Source: the human T2T-CHM13v2.0 reference genome, Homo sapiens
DNA length: 64,000 nt
Reading direction: 5' to 3' (one strand)
Assembly (NCBI RefSeq): GCF_009914755.1
Contig: NC_060938.1
In this document: in pieces, positions 14,146-32,046 of the stretch
Layout of the letters: every line of letters begins with the position of its first letter
Position numbering within the stretch: position 1 is the stretch's first letter
The notes under the pieces: model-generated
Databases searched by the model: none
What the model saw: the letters and a program-made list of their open reading frames with translations, nothing else
Told to the model about the DNA's origin: nothing
Program-made: the position numbers and the translations under genes

Positions 14146-14568
14146 TGAATTAGGGTTCTCTAGAGGGACAGAACTAATAGGATAGATGTATATATAAAGG
14201 GGAGTTTATTAAGGGGTATCAACTCACACAATCAATGGGTCCCACAATAGGCCGTCTGCAAGCTGAGGAGAAAGGAAGCCAGTCCGAGTTCGAAAGCTGA
14301 AGAACTTGGAGTCCGATGTTTGAGGGCAGGAAGCATCCGGCATGGGAGAAAGATGTAGTCTGGGAGGCTAGTCCTGTCTAGCCTTTTCATGTTCTTCTGC
14401 CTGCTTTTTATTCTGATTAGATTGTGCCCACCCAGATTAACAGTGGGTCTGCCTTTCCCACTCCACTGACTCAAATGTTAATCTCCTTTGGCAGCACCCT
14501 CACAAACACACCCACAAACAATACTGTGCATCCTTCAATCAAGCTGACACTCAGTGTTAACCATCACA
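14146..14568 (-). mobile_element. MLT2A-type (ERVL) solo LTR nested in an old L1 fragment
   Basis: TG..CA termini, perfect TSD CTTAT, typical tagggttctctagagggacagaac and ttaaccatcaca ends. Confidence 0.9.
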
Positions 14569-14762
14569 CTTATTAACTAAAGCCCATAGTTTGCATTAGT
14601 GTTCACTCTTTGTGTTCTGTTCCTGGCTACTTTTAACTGATTTTAAGGAATTTATTATATGCCTTGATAGAGTTTTCACCATTTTTCTCAGGCTTAGACT
14701 GTGTTGAGCCTGTTGAATTGGTGGGCTTATAATTTTCATGAAATACAGAAAACTCTGGGCCA

Positions 14763-14962
14763 TTTTTTTATTTTTTGAGATGGAGTCTTGCTCTGTCGCC
14801 TGGGCTGGAGTGCAGTGGCATGATCTCAGCTCACTGCAACTCTGCCTCCCGGGTTCAAGCAATTGTCCTGCCTCAGCCTCCTGAGTAGCTGGGTCTACAG
14901 GTGAGTGCCACCATGTCCAGCTAACTTTTTATATTTTTAGTAGAGTTGGGGTTTCACCATAT
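14763..14962 (-). mobile_element. 5'-truncated AluS
   Basis: Alu consensus; TSD GGGCCATT on both sides. Confidence 0.9.
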
Positions 14963-15366
14963 GGGCCATTATTTTTTAGATTTTTTTTCTGCCCCTCTCT
15001 CCTTCAGGGTTTCCCATTACATATGTATTGTGCCACCTGAAATTGTCCCACAGCTCACTGGTGCTTTCTTCATGTTTCTTACGTTGATTATTTTTCTCTG
15101 TGTTTCATTTTGGATGGTCTCTATTGCTGTTTTCAAGCTCACTAGTCTTTTATTCTGCATTGCCCAAATCTGCCATCAATCCCAGTCAGTATATTTTACT
15201 GTGTTTAATTTTCATCTCTATAAGTTTCATTTGAATCTTTCATCTCTTTACCTATCAGGTTCAATCTGTTGTCTAGTTTGTTGAATATATGGAATATAGT
15301 AATATAAACTGTCCTTTCCTACTAATTATTCTCTGTGTAATTTCTAGCTCCATGTCAATTGATTGA

Positions 15367-15564
<198 letters not shown>

Positions 15565-16561
15565 TGATTGAATATCACACATTGTGAATTTTACCTTTGC
15601 GTGCAAGATATATATAAATATTTTTGAGCTTTGTTCCAGGATGTTGTTAAGTTATATAGTGGCTCTTCGATCATTTCAGATCTTGCTTTAAGCTTTGTTA
15701 GGAAGGGCTAAAGCAATGGTCTACCTGGGGCTGATTGTTCCTCATTACTGAGGTCAAATCTTTCTGAAGAGTTTACCCTGTGCACTGTTAATAATGAGGT
15801 TTCCATTCTAGTTGGAACAGGCACTATTCGTGGCTCTCAGTGAGCCCTGGGTACTGTTCCTGCCAATCATTTCAAGTGGTTCTTTCCATGATTCTGAATC
15901 CTCACATGCATGTATTGATCAGTATTCCGCTAAACACTCAAATACTGTATATCTCTGGAGTTCTTTCTCTTGGCAGTTTTCCTCTTTAATACTGTTTCTG
16001 TGAGCTCTTAGTCCTTGACCTCCCTGGACATCTTACTCCATCTTCTCAAATTAGGGAAACCACCCCAGCCTTGTCTTGAGTCCTCTTCTCTGAGCTGTGG
16101 CCTGTTAATTTTCTCTAGGGAGCCAGCTTGGACAATCATAGGACTTACCTTTCTCATTTCTCACCTCTCAGGAATCCCTGTTTTTTTGTTTACTAGAGTT
16201 CAGTATCTTGAGAACCATTGTTTATGCCCCCATCTTTGCCTGTTTTATGTCTATGTGGTGGTAAATTTGGTACTTGTTATTCCACCTTGATCAGAAACAG
16301 AAGTGTCCTTGATAAATTCTTAATGGTTTTAAAGGTTGCCTGTGGTTTCTCTTTTTTTTTTTTTTTACATAGAAAGTTCTATTTTTGAAATTTTATTTCT
16401 TGCTTTCCAGTTCATGTACTTCATTTATTTTTCTCGTCCTATAGTAGTACTTCTAAGACCTCCAGTACCCCCTCAGAAGGAAGTGATGAGAATAAGTATT
16501 CTTGTCTTGAATTATCTCTGAGGAATGCTAAAGTTTCGCTATCGACTGTGATGCTTGATAG

Positions 16562-16995
<434 letters not shown>

Positions 16996-17085
16996 TGAGA
17001 TGATTATATGTTTTTCATCCCTAACCTGTCAATGAGATTAATTATATTTAAGAGACTTTCATAATACTTAAACTTCTTTGCATGA

Positions 17086-17229
<144 letters not shown>

Positions 17230-17340
17230 TAGGCTCTTATTCTTAATGTACCACTGACCCTTGAATAACATAGATTTGAATTGCACAGTTCCATTTTTAT
17301 GGGGGTCTTTTTCAATCACACATGGATCAAAAATACACAA

Positions 17341-17482
<142 letters not shown>

Positions 17483-17531
17483 TTACAGTATTCCTGGGAT
17501 TCAAAACTTGACTATATAGAGGGTTGACTTT

Positions 17532-17982
17532 TCTTTTCTTCTTTTAATTTTACTTTAATTTCTGGGATACATGTGCAGAATGTGCAGGTTTGTTACATAG
17601 GTATACACATGCCATGGTGGTTTGCTGTACATATCAACCCATCATCTAGGTTTTAAGCCCCGCATGCATTAGGTATTTGTCCTAATGTTCTCCCTCCCCT
17701 TGCCTCCCCACCCCCAACAGGCCCTGGTGTGTGATGTTCCCCTCCCTCTGTCCATGTGCTCTCATTGTTCAACTCCTACTTATGGGTGAGAACATGAGGT
17801 GTTTGGTTTTCTGTTCCTGTGTTAGTTTGCTGAGAATGATGGTTTCTAGCTTCATCCATGTCCCTGCAAAGAATATGAACTCATTCTTTTTTATGGCTGC
17901 ATGATATTCCATTGTGTATATGTGCCACATTTTCTTTATCCTGTCTATCATTGATGGGCATTTGGATTGGTTCCAAGTCTTT
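17532..17982 (-). mobile_element. 5'-truncated L1PA (about L1PA7-8) 3' end
   Basis: tctgggatacatgtgcagaatgtgcagg 3'UTR; ORF 17769..18032 contains the ORF2 C-terminus. Confidence 0.88.
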
Positions 17983-18108
17983 GTGGGTTTTGCTGGGCTG
18001 ACTGCCGGACTTGAGTAAGTGCTGATAAGCATATGTGGGGGTTATGTCCTAGAACCAGTCCTCTGCATATACCAGCGACAACTATTTTTAATACATTATA
18101 AATTTTGT

Positions 18109-18478
<370 letters not shown>

Positions 18479-18919
18479 CTACTGTATAAATTATCTTCCT
18501 TGAGTTTACATTATTCTCATATAATTATATGGGAAGTTTTTCCTTCTAAAACAGCTTCTATAAAAGAGCAGTCACCTAGTCTTTGAAGGTTGGACAAAGG
18601 TGTATAAAAGCATCGGGGTATGTTAAGTCTTTTGGAATTTTTTTCTAAATACTATTTCTGTAATGGTTGTTGGTCTGTATGTTTTGTATTTTTCTTTTTT
18701 AAAATTTTATTATTATTATACTTTAAGTTTTAGGGTACGTGTACACAACGTGCAGGTTTGTTACATATGTATACATGTGCCATGTTGGTGTGCTGTACCC
18801 ATTAACTCGTCATTTAACATTAGGTATATCTCCTAATGCTATCTCTCCCCACTTCCCCCACCCCACAACAGGCCCCGGTGTGTGATGTTCCCCTTCTTGT
18901 GTCCATGTGTTCTCATTGT

Positions 18920-22767
<3,848 letters not shown>

Positions 22768-22830
22768 TATAATGTTAGCTGGTTATTTTGCTCGTTAGTT
22801 GATGCAGTTTCTTCCTAGCCTTGATGGTCT

Positions 22831-23842
22831 TTACAATTTGGCATGTTTTTGCAGCGGCTGGTACCACTTGTTCCTTTCCATGTTTAGTGCTTCCTTCAGG
22901 AGCTCTTTTAGGGCAGGCCTGGTGGTGACAAAATCTCTCAGCATTTGCTTGTCTGTAAAGGATTTTATTTCTTCTTCACTTATGAAGCTTAGTTTGGCAG
23001 AATATGAAATTCTGGGTTGAAAATTCTTTAAGAATGTTGAATATTGGTTCCCACTCTCTTCTGGCTTGTAGAGTTTCTGCCAAGAGATCAGCTGTTAGTC
23101 TGATGGGCTTCCCTTTGTGGGTAACCCGACCTTTCTCTCTGGCTGCCCTTAACATTTTTTCCTTCATTTCAACTTTGGTGAATCAGACAATTATGTGTCT
23201 TGGAGTTGCTCTTCTCAAAGAGTATCTTTGTGGCATTCTCTGTATTTCCTGAATTTGAATGTTGGCCTGCCTTGCTAGATTTGGGAAGTTCTCCTGGAAA
23301 ATATCCTGCAGAGTGTTTTCCAACTTGCCTCCATTCTGCCCGTCACTTTCAGGTACACCAGTCAGACATAGATTTGGTCTTTTCACATAGTCCCATATTT
23401 CTTGGAGGCTTTGTTCGTTTCTTTTTATTCTTTTTTCTCTAAACTTCTCTTCTCGCTTCATTTCGTTCATTTTGTCTTCCTTTGCTGATACCCTTTCTTC
23501 CAGTTGATGGCATCAGCTGCTGAGGCTTGTGCATTCGTCACATAGTTCTCGTGCCATGGTTTTCAGCTCCATCAGGTCTTTTAAGGACTTCTCTGCATTG
23601 GTTATTCTAGTTAGCCATTCGTCCAATTTTTTTTCAAGGTTTTTAACTTCTTTGCCATTGGTTCGAACTTCCTCCTTTAGCTCGGAGTAGTTTGATCTTC
23701 TGAAGACTTCTTCTCTCAACTCGTCAAAGTTATTCTCCGTCCAGCTTTGTTCTGTTGCTGGTGAGGAGCTGCGTTCCTTTGGAGGAGGAGAGGCGCTCCG
23801 AATTTTAGAGTTTGCAGTTTTTCTGCTCCGTTTTTCCCCCAT
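22831..23842 (-). pseudogene. L1 ORF1p, broken by frameshifts/stops
   Basis: Fragments 23513..23842 (MGEKRSRK..), 23183..23470 and 22976..23167 match ORF1p pieces. Confidence 0.9.
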
Positions 23843-24416
23843 CTTTGTGGTTTTATCTACCTTTGGTCTTTGATGATGGTGACGTACAGATGGGTTTTTG
23901 GTGTGAATGTCCTTTCTGTTTGTTAGTTTTCCTTCTAACAGTCAGGACCCTCAGCTGCAGGTCTGTTGGAGTTTGCTGGAGGTCCACGCCAGACCCTGTT
24001 TGCCTGGGTATCAGCAGTGGTGGCTGCAGAACAGCAGATGTTGGTGAACCGCAAATGCTGCTGCCTGATCATTCCTCTGGAAGTTTTGTCTCGGAGGAGT
24101 ACCCAGCCATGTGAGGTGTCAGTCCGCCCCTACTGGGAGGTGACTCCCAGTTAGGCTACTGGGGGTCAGGGACCCACTTGAGGAGGCAGTCTGTCCGTTC
24201 TCAGATCTCAAGCTGCGTGCTGGGAGAACCACTACTCTCTTCAAAACTGTCAGACAGGGACATTTACGTCTGTAGAGGTTACTGCTGCCTTTTGTTTGGC
24301 TATGCCTTGCCCCCAGAGGTGGAGCCTACAGAGGCAGGCAGGCCTCCTTGAGCTGTGGTGGGCTCCACCCAGTTCGAGCTTCCCGGCTGCTTTGTTTACC
24401 TACTCAAGCCTGGGCA

Positions 24417-24887
24417 ATGGCAGGCGCCCCTCCCCCAGCCTCACTGCTGCCTTGCAGTTTGATCTCAGACTGCTGTGCTAGCAATGAGCGAGGCTGTGTC
24501 GGCTTAGGACCCTCCGAGCCATGTGCGGGATATAATCTCCTGGTGTGCTGTTTGTTAAGCCCTTTGGAAAAGTGCAGTATTAGGGTGGGAGTGACCCGAT
24601 TTTCCAGGTGCCATCTGTCACCCTTTTCTTCGACTAGGAAAGGGAATTCCCTGACCCCTTGCACTTCCCTGGTGAGGCGATGCCTCACCCTGCTTTGGCT
24701 CATGTACGGTGCGCTGCACCCACTGTCCTGCACCCACTGTCTGGCACTACCCAGTGAGATGAACCCAGTACCTCAGTTGGAAATGCAGAAATCACCCGTC
24801 TTCTGCATCAGTCACGCTAGGAGCTGTATACTAGAGCTGTTCCTATTCGGCCATCTTGGCTCCACCTCCCTGTATTTTTCTTTTTAA
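24417..24887 (+). CDS. L1 antisense ORF0, open for 156 codons (MAGAPPPASLLPCSLISDCCASNE...), running out of the L1 5' end
   Basis: Inside ORF 24348..24887; MAGAPPPAS..CSLISDCCAS is the known ORF0 N-terminus; ATG in GCAATGG context; expression not shown. Confidence 0.55.
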   Translation: MAGAPPPASLLPCSLISDCCASNERGCVGLGPSEPCAGYNLLVCCLLSPLEKCSIRVGVTRFSRCHLSPFSSTRKGNSLTPCTSLVRRCLTLLWLMYGALHPLSCTHCLALPSEMNPVPQLEMQKSPVFCISHARSCILELFLFGHLGSTSLYFSF

Positions 24888-25006
24888 AATTGCATAGTTG
24901 CTTAAACTTATTTTTTTCTCTTTGGATTTTTAAAGGTTCACTGTATGTATAGTCTTATATCTCAGTCGATCTTGTTAGTGGCTTATTGTTAAAACATGCA
25001 GTTTTT

Positions 25007-25262
25007 GGCTGGGCATGGTGGCTGTATTCCTAGCACTTTGGGAGGCCAAGGCAGGTGGATCACCTAAGCCCAGGAGTTTGAGATCAGCCTGGGCAACCTG
25101 GTGAAACTCTGTCTTTATAAAACATTAGAAAATTAGCTGGGTGTGGTGGCACACACCTGTAGTCTCAGTTCCTTGGGAGGCTGAGTGTGGAGGATCCCTT
25201 GAGCCTGGGTGGTTGAGGCTGCAGTGAGCTATGCACTCCAGCCTGGGAAACATTTTAAAAAA
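25007..25262 (+). mobile_element. AluJ with internal deletions
   Basis: agcccaggagtttgagatcagcctgggcaac; TSD AAAA(C/A)ATGCAGT. Confidence 0.88.
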
Positions 25263-25838
25263 ATGCAGTCTTTATCGTCTCTGATTTTGTTATGTTTTCT
25301 TTATATTAATATTTTTATTAATACCTGCTTTTATCTTTTATAGTTCTTCCTTGTATTTTGCTTTGGTTTAAACTGTTGGTTGATAACATCTTAAGTTGAC
25401 CATTTATCATATTAGTTTTTCAATCTTTTTTTGCTTTCTAATATGTGCATTAGATTAATCCATGAATTTCCTTTAAGTACCACTTTAACTATACCCCACA
25501 AATGTATGATATGTGATGTGTTCATTATTTTTCAGTTGTAAATATTTTATCATTCCAATTATGGCTTTTTCTTTGACCCATCAATTATTTAAAAATGTGG
25601 TTTCTGGTTTCCAAAAGCATTTTTATAATTTTTAAGAGACTTTTATTTTTAACGGTGTTGAAATTAGAATGTGGTCTAATTGTAGCTCTGAAGCTTCTGT
25701 TCTCATGGCCTAATATAGGCCTAATTTTTGTAAATCTTCCACATATGCATGCGATTACTATGTATACTTTGATTGTTTTCCATCCTTCCTTAAGCTAGTT
25801 GAATCCCTCTAATGTATTATCTTCTGTGTGTTTGTGGG

Positions 25839-26530
25839 GTGTTATGCACTAAATGTTTACATCCCCAAAAAACACTCATTTCTTAAAACCATAATCCTGA
25901 TGGGTTGGTACTTAGAAGTAGAGTGTTTGGGAATTAATTAGGTCATGGAGGTGGAGCCCTCATGAGTGGGATTAGTGCCTTCATAAGAAAAGGCAAGGGA
26001 GTTAGTGAGCTCTCTTTCTGTCATGTGAGGATAAAAAGAGAAGTCAGCTGTCTGCAGCCTAGAAGAGGGCCCTCACCAGAGCCTAAGCATGCTGGCATCC
26101 CGATTTCAGATTTCTAGCCTCAAGAACTATAAGAAATAAATGTCTGCTGTTTATAAATCTTTCAGTCTGTGATACTTTTTTATAGCAGCATGAAAGACAT
26201 AAATTGGTTCTGAGCAGTGGGGTGCTGCTGTAATAAATATCTACAAATGTGAAGGCAGCTTTGGAACCGGGTAATGGGTAGAGGCTGGAAGGGTTTTGAA
26301 GTACATGCTAGAAGACGCCAAAATTGTCATGAAGGAACTTTTAAAAGTGATTCTGGTAAGGGCTCAGAAAAGAGGAGAGCTCTAGAGAAAACTCCCATCT
26401 TCTAAGAGAATACGTAAATAATCATGTCCAGATTGTTGGTAGAAATGTGAACAGTAAAGTCCATTCTGATGAAGTCTCAGATGGAAATGAAAAAGACGTT
26501 TTTTGGACAGTAGAGGAAAGGGGATCCTTT
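25839..26530 (+). mobile_element. MLT1A-like MaLR LTR (~25839-26199) followed by internal sequence
   Basis: ggtggagccctcatgagtgggattagtgcc, aagaaataaatgtctgctgtttataa, then aaattggttctgagcagtggggtgctgc internal start. Confidence 0.75.
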
Positions 26531-26534
26531 CTCA

Positions 26535-26821
26535 AGGACATGAGCCTTCTCCTGCCCTCAGACTGAAACTTACATCATCTGCTCTCCTGATTCTTAAGTA
26601 TCTGGACTCTGACCGGAACTTACGCTATTGGTTCCCCTGGTTCTCAGACCTTCAAAGTCAGACTGAAACTACATCACTGGCTTTCTTGGGTTTCCAGCAT
26701 GCTGACTGCAGACCTTGGCACTTCTCAGCTCCCATGATTGCATAAGCTCATCTCTTATAACAAATCTTTCTATACACATTTATATCCTATTGATTCTATT
26801 TCTCTGCAGAACCCTAATACA
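26535..26821 (+). mobile_element. MLT2-family LTR 3' fragment
   Basis: Ends tcctattgattctatttctctgcagaaccctaataca, the MLT2 terminus. Confidence 0.7.
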
Positions 26822-27604
26822 GTATTGTACTAATTTTTAAATTCCTTTGTTCATTCACTATTGAAGCATGTGCTTTATTCTTAATAGTATAATAGATGTT
26901 AAGGGCAGAGACTAGAAAAGTATGAATTAAGACTGCAAATTCCTCAGAAATGTTAGGGGAGTCACGACTACATAAACCTATTTAGAAAATGTAAATAAGA
27001 AAATAATAGAAGGTAAACTAAACTCTGTATGACAATTATGAAAATGAATGGAACAAAAGGCATTATTATACCTAGAGCAATTTTTTGTTCAATGGTGCCA
27101 GGCTTGTTTTTAGGTGGTTGAATGCCTAAAAAGTCGAGGTGCTTTTTGTGGAACCCCATGAAACTTTAATGGATTTATTTTCATCATGAATCAGGAACCA
27201 TTTTACCAGTGGAAAATATGACTAGATTATGGAAGCCATTTAACAGTCATAGCCGTGAATGTGCATATCCATGACAAAGCAAGCTGGGGAAAGAAACATG
27301 ATTAGCTATTTCCAAGTTTCTTTGCTAATATTCATGTGTTTTATTACCTGCTTATTCTTGTCAGCATGTGTGTGATAGCAGGCATCCACGGCATAGAAGT
27401 GTTAGGGGAAAAGTGAACATTTAGAAAACCTTTTCCATTTTTCTTTTTGCAAATGGAGAAGAGTTATTTATTATTAGATTTTATCAGGGAATCATTTGGG
27501 GGCTGCTATTCTAGTATAAGCATACCACCACCAAATATCTGATCTACAGATTGTATGATTTTTTTTTTTTGAATATGGCCTTTATAAAAGCTGTTACTTA
27601 GTGA

Positions 27605-27910
<306 letters not shown>

Positions 27911-28973
27911 TAGTGAGTCTATTCTTAATATTCAGTCTATTTATTTTCAGTTGTGATATATTTGGATATATTCATTATAGAGTCGATGCTGAAGGGAGTT
28001 TATAACTGCCTTATAGAAATTATCTCTGTAGCTTGACTTGCCTCTGTTGTGAGATAAAAGAATAACTTTAGAAATTGCCTTGAGGATGATTTACAGCATG
28101 GGATAGGAAGACTAGTGAATAAACTGAACAGCTAGAAAGCTAGAAACTCACAACACCTGAAAATTGCAAGAGCCATTCATGATCTTTTTCAGCCTGTTTA
28201 CACATCCCAGGCCCTTCATTTTAGAATCTATGGCAATGAGATTAAAAAAAATCTTTCTAGTCAGAGAATTTGTAAATTAAAATGTTGACTCAACATTTGC
28301 TTGTAAGGATTCATTGGAGTGATAGAGAAATATTGGGGGTTTGGGGAAAGAAAGCAAGAACAACCGTTTGGTTTTGTGTTTTCTCTGCATGTGCAGAAAT
28401 TTAATTATCAGGTCACCTCAGTTCTCAGCAGAGTAAATTACAGTCTTGGCCATTCATTTGTATGCAAATGCCACCATAGTAGGAAAACAACACAACTCTT
28501 GGGTCCTATCAAGCAATTCCCTTATAGGAGGCATACAAATGAGACAGCAGAGCTTAAAAGAGTCAGAGAGGCTGACAGTTTCACACTTGCTTTTGTCTAG
28601 GTGAATCTTTTTGCAGTGATGAAACAGCTTAGAGTAATCATCAAAGCCAAATGTTCAGAAAACATCGTTACTTGAGAGAGTCCTTGCAGTGAGAAAGGAG
28701 GGCGCAGTGAATCTGACTACAGATATGAATCTGTTTAGAATACTACCTGTGGTGAGGGTTTTGTGATCCCTGCAGTCAGAACCAATCACCCTACCTGTCA
28801 GTACTTTCATCATGGCTCTTCTTTTATCTTTGATGGATTTGGTCTGGCGGGGAAAGAAAATAAGCCTCAAAGAGGCTAGAGGAGCCCTTGATATAGGGTG
28901 GATCCCTTAGGTGAATAATCAGCAACACAAATCCCTGCTCAAAAATGCAAGGACAACTTGGGGCTGATATAGG

Positions 28974-30532
28974 TGTATTAGTCAGGGTCCTCTAGAGGAA
29001 CAAAGCTAATAGGATGGATGTATATATAAAGGGGAGTTTATTAAGGAGTATAGACTCACATGATCACAAGGTAAAGTTCTGCAATAGGCTATCTGCAAGC
29101 TGAGGAGCAAGGAAGCCAGTCTGAGTCCCAAAACCTCAAAAGTGGTGAAGCCGACAGAGCAGCCTCAGTCTGTGGTCGAAAGTCCAAGAGTCCCAAAGCT
29201 GAAGAACTTGGAGTCCGACGTTCAAGGGAAGGAAGCATTCAGTGTGGGAGAAAGATGGAGGCCAGAAGACTCAGCCAGTCTACTTTTTCCACGTTCTTCT
29301 CCCTGCTTTTTTTTTTTTTGCTTTTAAATAGTCAAATGTTTATAATAAACGTATTTTCCAATCTCGAAATGATTATCAGTGGTAACAATGATCAACGTAA
29401 AATAGATGTGACAGGAACATCACGACGTTTGATTATACTTACAGGAAACACAAAGCTACAGTGAAATACTATCTCACGTCTACCAGGTCTGCAAAATCCA
29501 GCTTGGGCAAGGGTGTCACCAGCCCCTTCTTATGCTGGTGGAGGAGGGCGATTTGGTACCACCCCTTTAGGGGCCTAAATACAGCCCTCGCACTTCTACA
29601 CCAAGGAATTTAACCTAAGAAAATAGTCTGACCTGGGCAAAAAAGGGTTTGTACAAGGAATAGTCAGGCTAGCATTGTTGGTTATAAAAGACAGCAAAAA
29701 CCCTAAATTTCTACAGGAAAGGGGATAAAGTCTGGTGCTATAAAACTCCGTTTCCGGATGAATCCCACCTGTATCTGAATGCATGGGGCGCTCTCCAAGC
29801 TACGTTAAGTATAAAGGCCCCGAGTAAAGTAACTGACCTTTTGCAGAAACGCACGTAGATGTTCCTGCATAGACTTTCTTTGTAGACACATAAGAAACGG
29901 GTTTCTCTCTGCCCCAGGGGAGAACTGGGCCTTGGAGGTTAGGACTGGGAAAAACACATCAAGTCTTCACCAAATACCCATTCAGGCTCCTTGAATTTTC
30001 TACTCTGTGCACCTGAACACACTTTTGTTCTCTTGCAAGCAGTTGCTTTGCACTGGAGGCAATGAAGACACGGCGGAGTCCCAGCTTGCAGGGAGCTTAG
30101 GTTCTGACGGCGTCGGAGGACAACACGCTCTGGACGAGCGCGGCGCCCAAGGGTCAGCGGCAGCAGCGAGCAGGGGGCACGGGATGCAGGGAGGCTCTTC
30201 GGGAGGCATGAAAGTCAGACGTGTTCCGAAACGTGAGCCGCGCTGGGGGGCACGGCGCACGACCGGGGACAGGAGGAGGACACTGCGGTCGCAAAGCCCA
30301 GGCCGTGCAAAGGCCCCGTGGTCAGCCAGGAGCCCAGTTCTGCCTGCTTTTTATTCTGGCCATGGTGAAAGCTGATTAGATGGTTCCCACCCAGATTGAG
30401 GGTAGGTCTGCCTTTCCCAGTTCACTCACTCAAATGCCAATCTCCTTTGGCAACACCCTCACAGATATACCCAGGAACAATACTTTGCATCCTTCAGTCC
30501 AATCAAGTTGACACTCAATATTAACCATCACA
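28974..30532 (-). mobile_element. MLT2A-type (ERVL) solo LTR, interrupted by the retrocopy
   Basis: TG...CA ends, 5-bp TSD ATAGG both sides, homologous to the LTR at 14146-14568. Confidence 0.9.
29312..30337 (-). pseudogene. L1-mediated retrocopy (processed transcript fragment, source unidentified) inserted in an MLT2A LTR
   Basis: T-tract 29307-29319 (polyA on minus); 15-bp TSD TTCT(C/G)CCTGCTTTTT at 29297-29311 and 30338-30352; LTR sequence resumes after it; CpG-rich. Confidence 0.85.
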
Positions 30533-31590
30533 ATAGGTAAACACTTTTTCTCATAGGCATAAATATAGTGGGCTGAATATGGCACCAGAAGGGCCCAGGT
30601 TGTAGTATCATTGTATTCAGAGTTAGTTGGGTTTGACCTTAGTTCGTGGCTGTTGGGACAGGGAAGAGGGTCCAATAACTAGAGACATGGGGGTAGGGTC
30701 GGACAAGTAAGCTCTCGGCTGGATTTAAAGGTTTGTCTAGGAACTCACAATATAAATAGGAATGCCAGAAGAACTTCCCAGGTAAATACAGTGGGGAGTA
30801 GAGAAATGCAACATTTCATGGGTACTTGGGCTTCTTTCCTAGGTTTAGGGCAGGAAGACAAGTACTTATTGGCTCATGACTTATGGATTTGAGCTTTCTC
30901 AACTGCACAGAAATGACTTAATGCTGGGAATATTTGAGTCACCAAGGGGAGATCCTCTGGGTCTCGCAAAGGAAAGAGGTAAGGCTGCTATAAGATATAG
31001 ATTTCTTTTAAGCTACTTAAAAAAACTCCATTGAGGCACACTTGAAGTACAATAAACCGCACATACATAAAGTATACAAGTTGATGAGTTTTGACATATT
31101 GTACTTGTGAAACAAATACCACAGTCAAGAAAACATATATTTACATCACTCCAAAAATTTCCTCCTGCCTCTTTGTAATCCATCTCTCTCTCTAACCCCA
31201 CCCCAGGCAACCATGGATCTATTTTCTGTCACTATATATTATTTTGAATTTTTAGATTATTATAAAAATGGAGTTATATAATGCACATTCTTTTTACCTT
31301 TTTACCCACTAGTTTAATGCTTTTGAGATTCATTCGTGTTGTTGCAGGTATAAATAGTTCCTTCCTTTTGATTTCTGAGTAATATTTCATTGTATTTATA
31401 TACCACAATTTGTTTATCTGTTCATGTGTTGCCAGGCTTTTGGTTTGCTTCCAGATTTTGACTATTACACATGAAGCTTCTATGAACATTTGTAAGTCTT
31501 TGTGTGAACATGTGTCTTTGTTTTTCTTGGGAAAATATCTGGAAGTGGGTGGCTAGGTTATATGGTCAAATGTATGTTATGTTTAAATTC

Positions 31591-31913
<323 letters not shown>

Positions 31914-32046
31914 TAAATTCTTAAGAAACTGCCAAATAGTGTTCAAAAGTAGTTTTATCATTTTACATTTTCACCAGGAGTGTATGAGGGCTCCAGATGC
32001 TTTGCTTCCTTGACTTTGATATGTTCAGGTTTTTAAAATTTTGTCG

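Noticed and set aside
30000-30375. GC-rich ORFs 30007..30375 (+, 122 aa) and 30000..30260 (-, 86 aa)
   Set aside because: No recognisable domain; both begin at non-ATG codons in the sequence; long ORFs are expected in GC-rich DNA; the + ORF crosses the retrocopy/LTR junction
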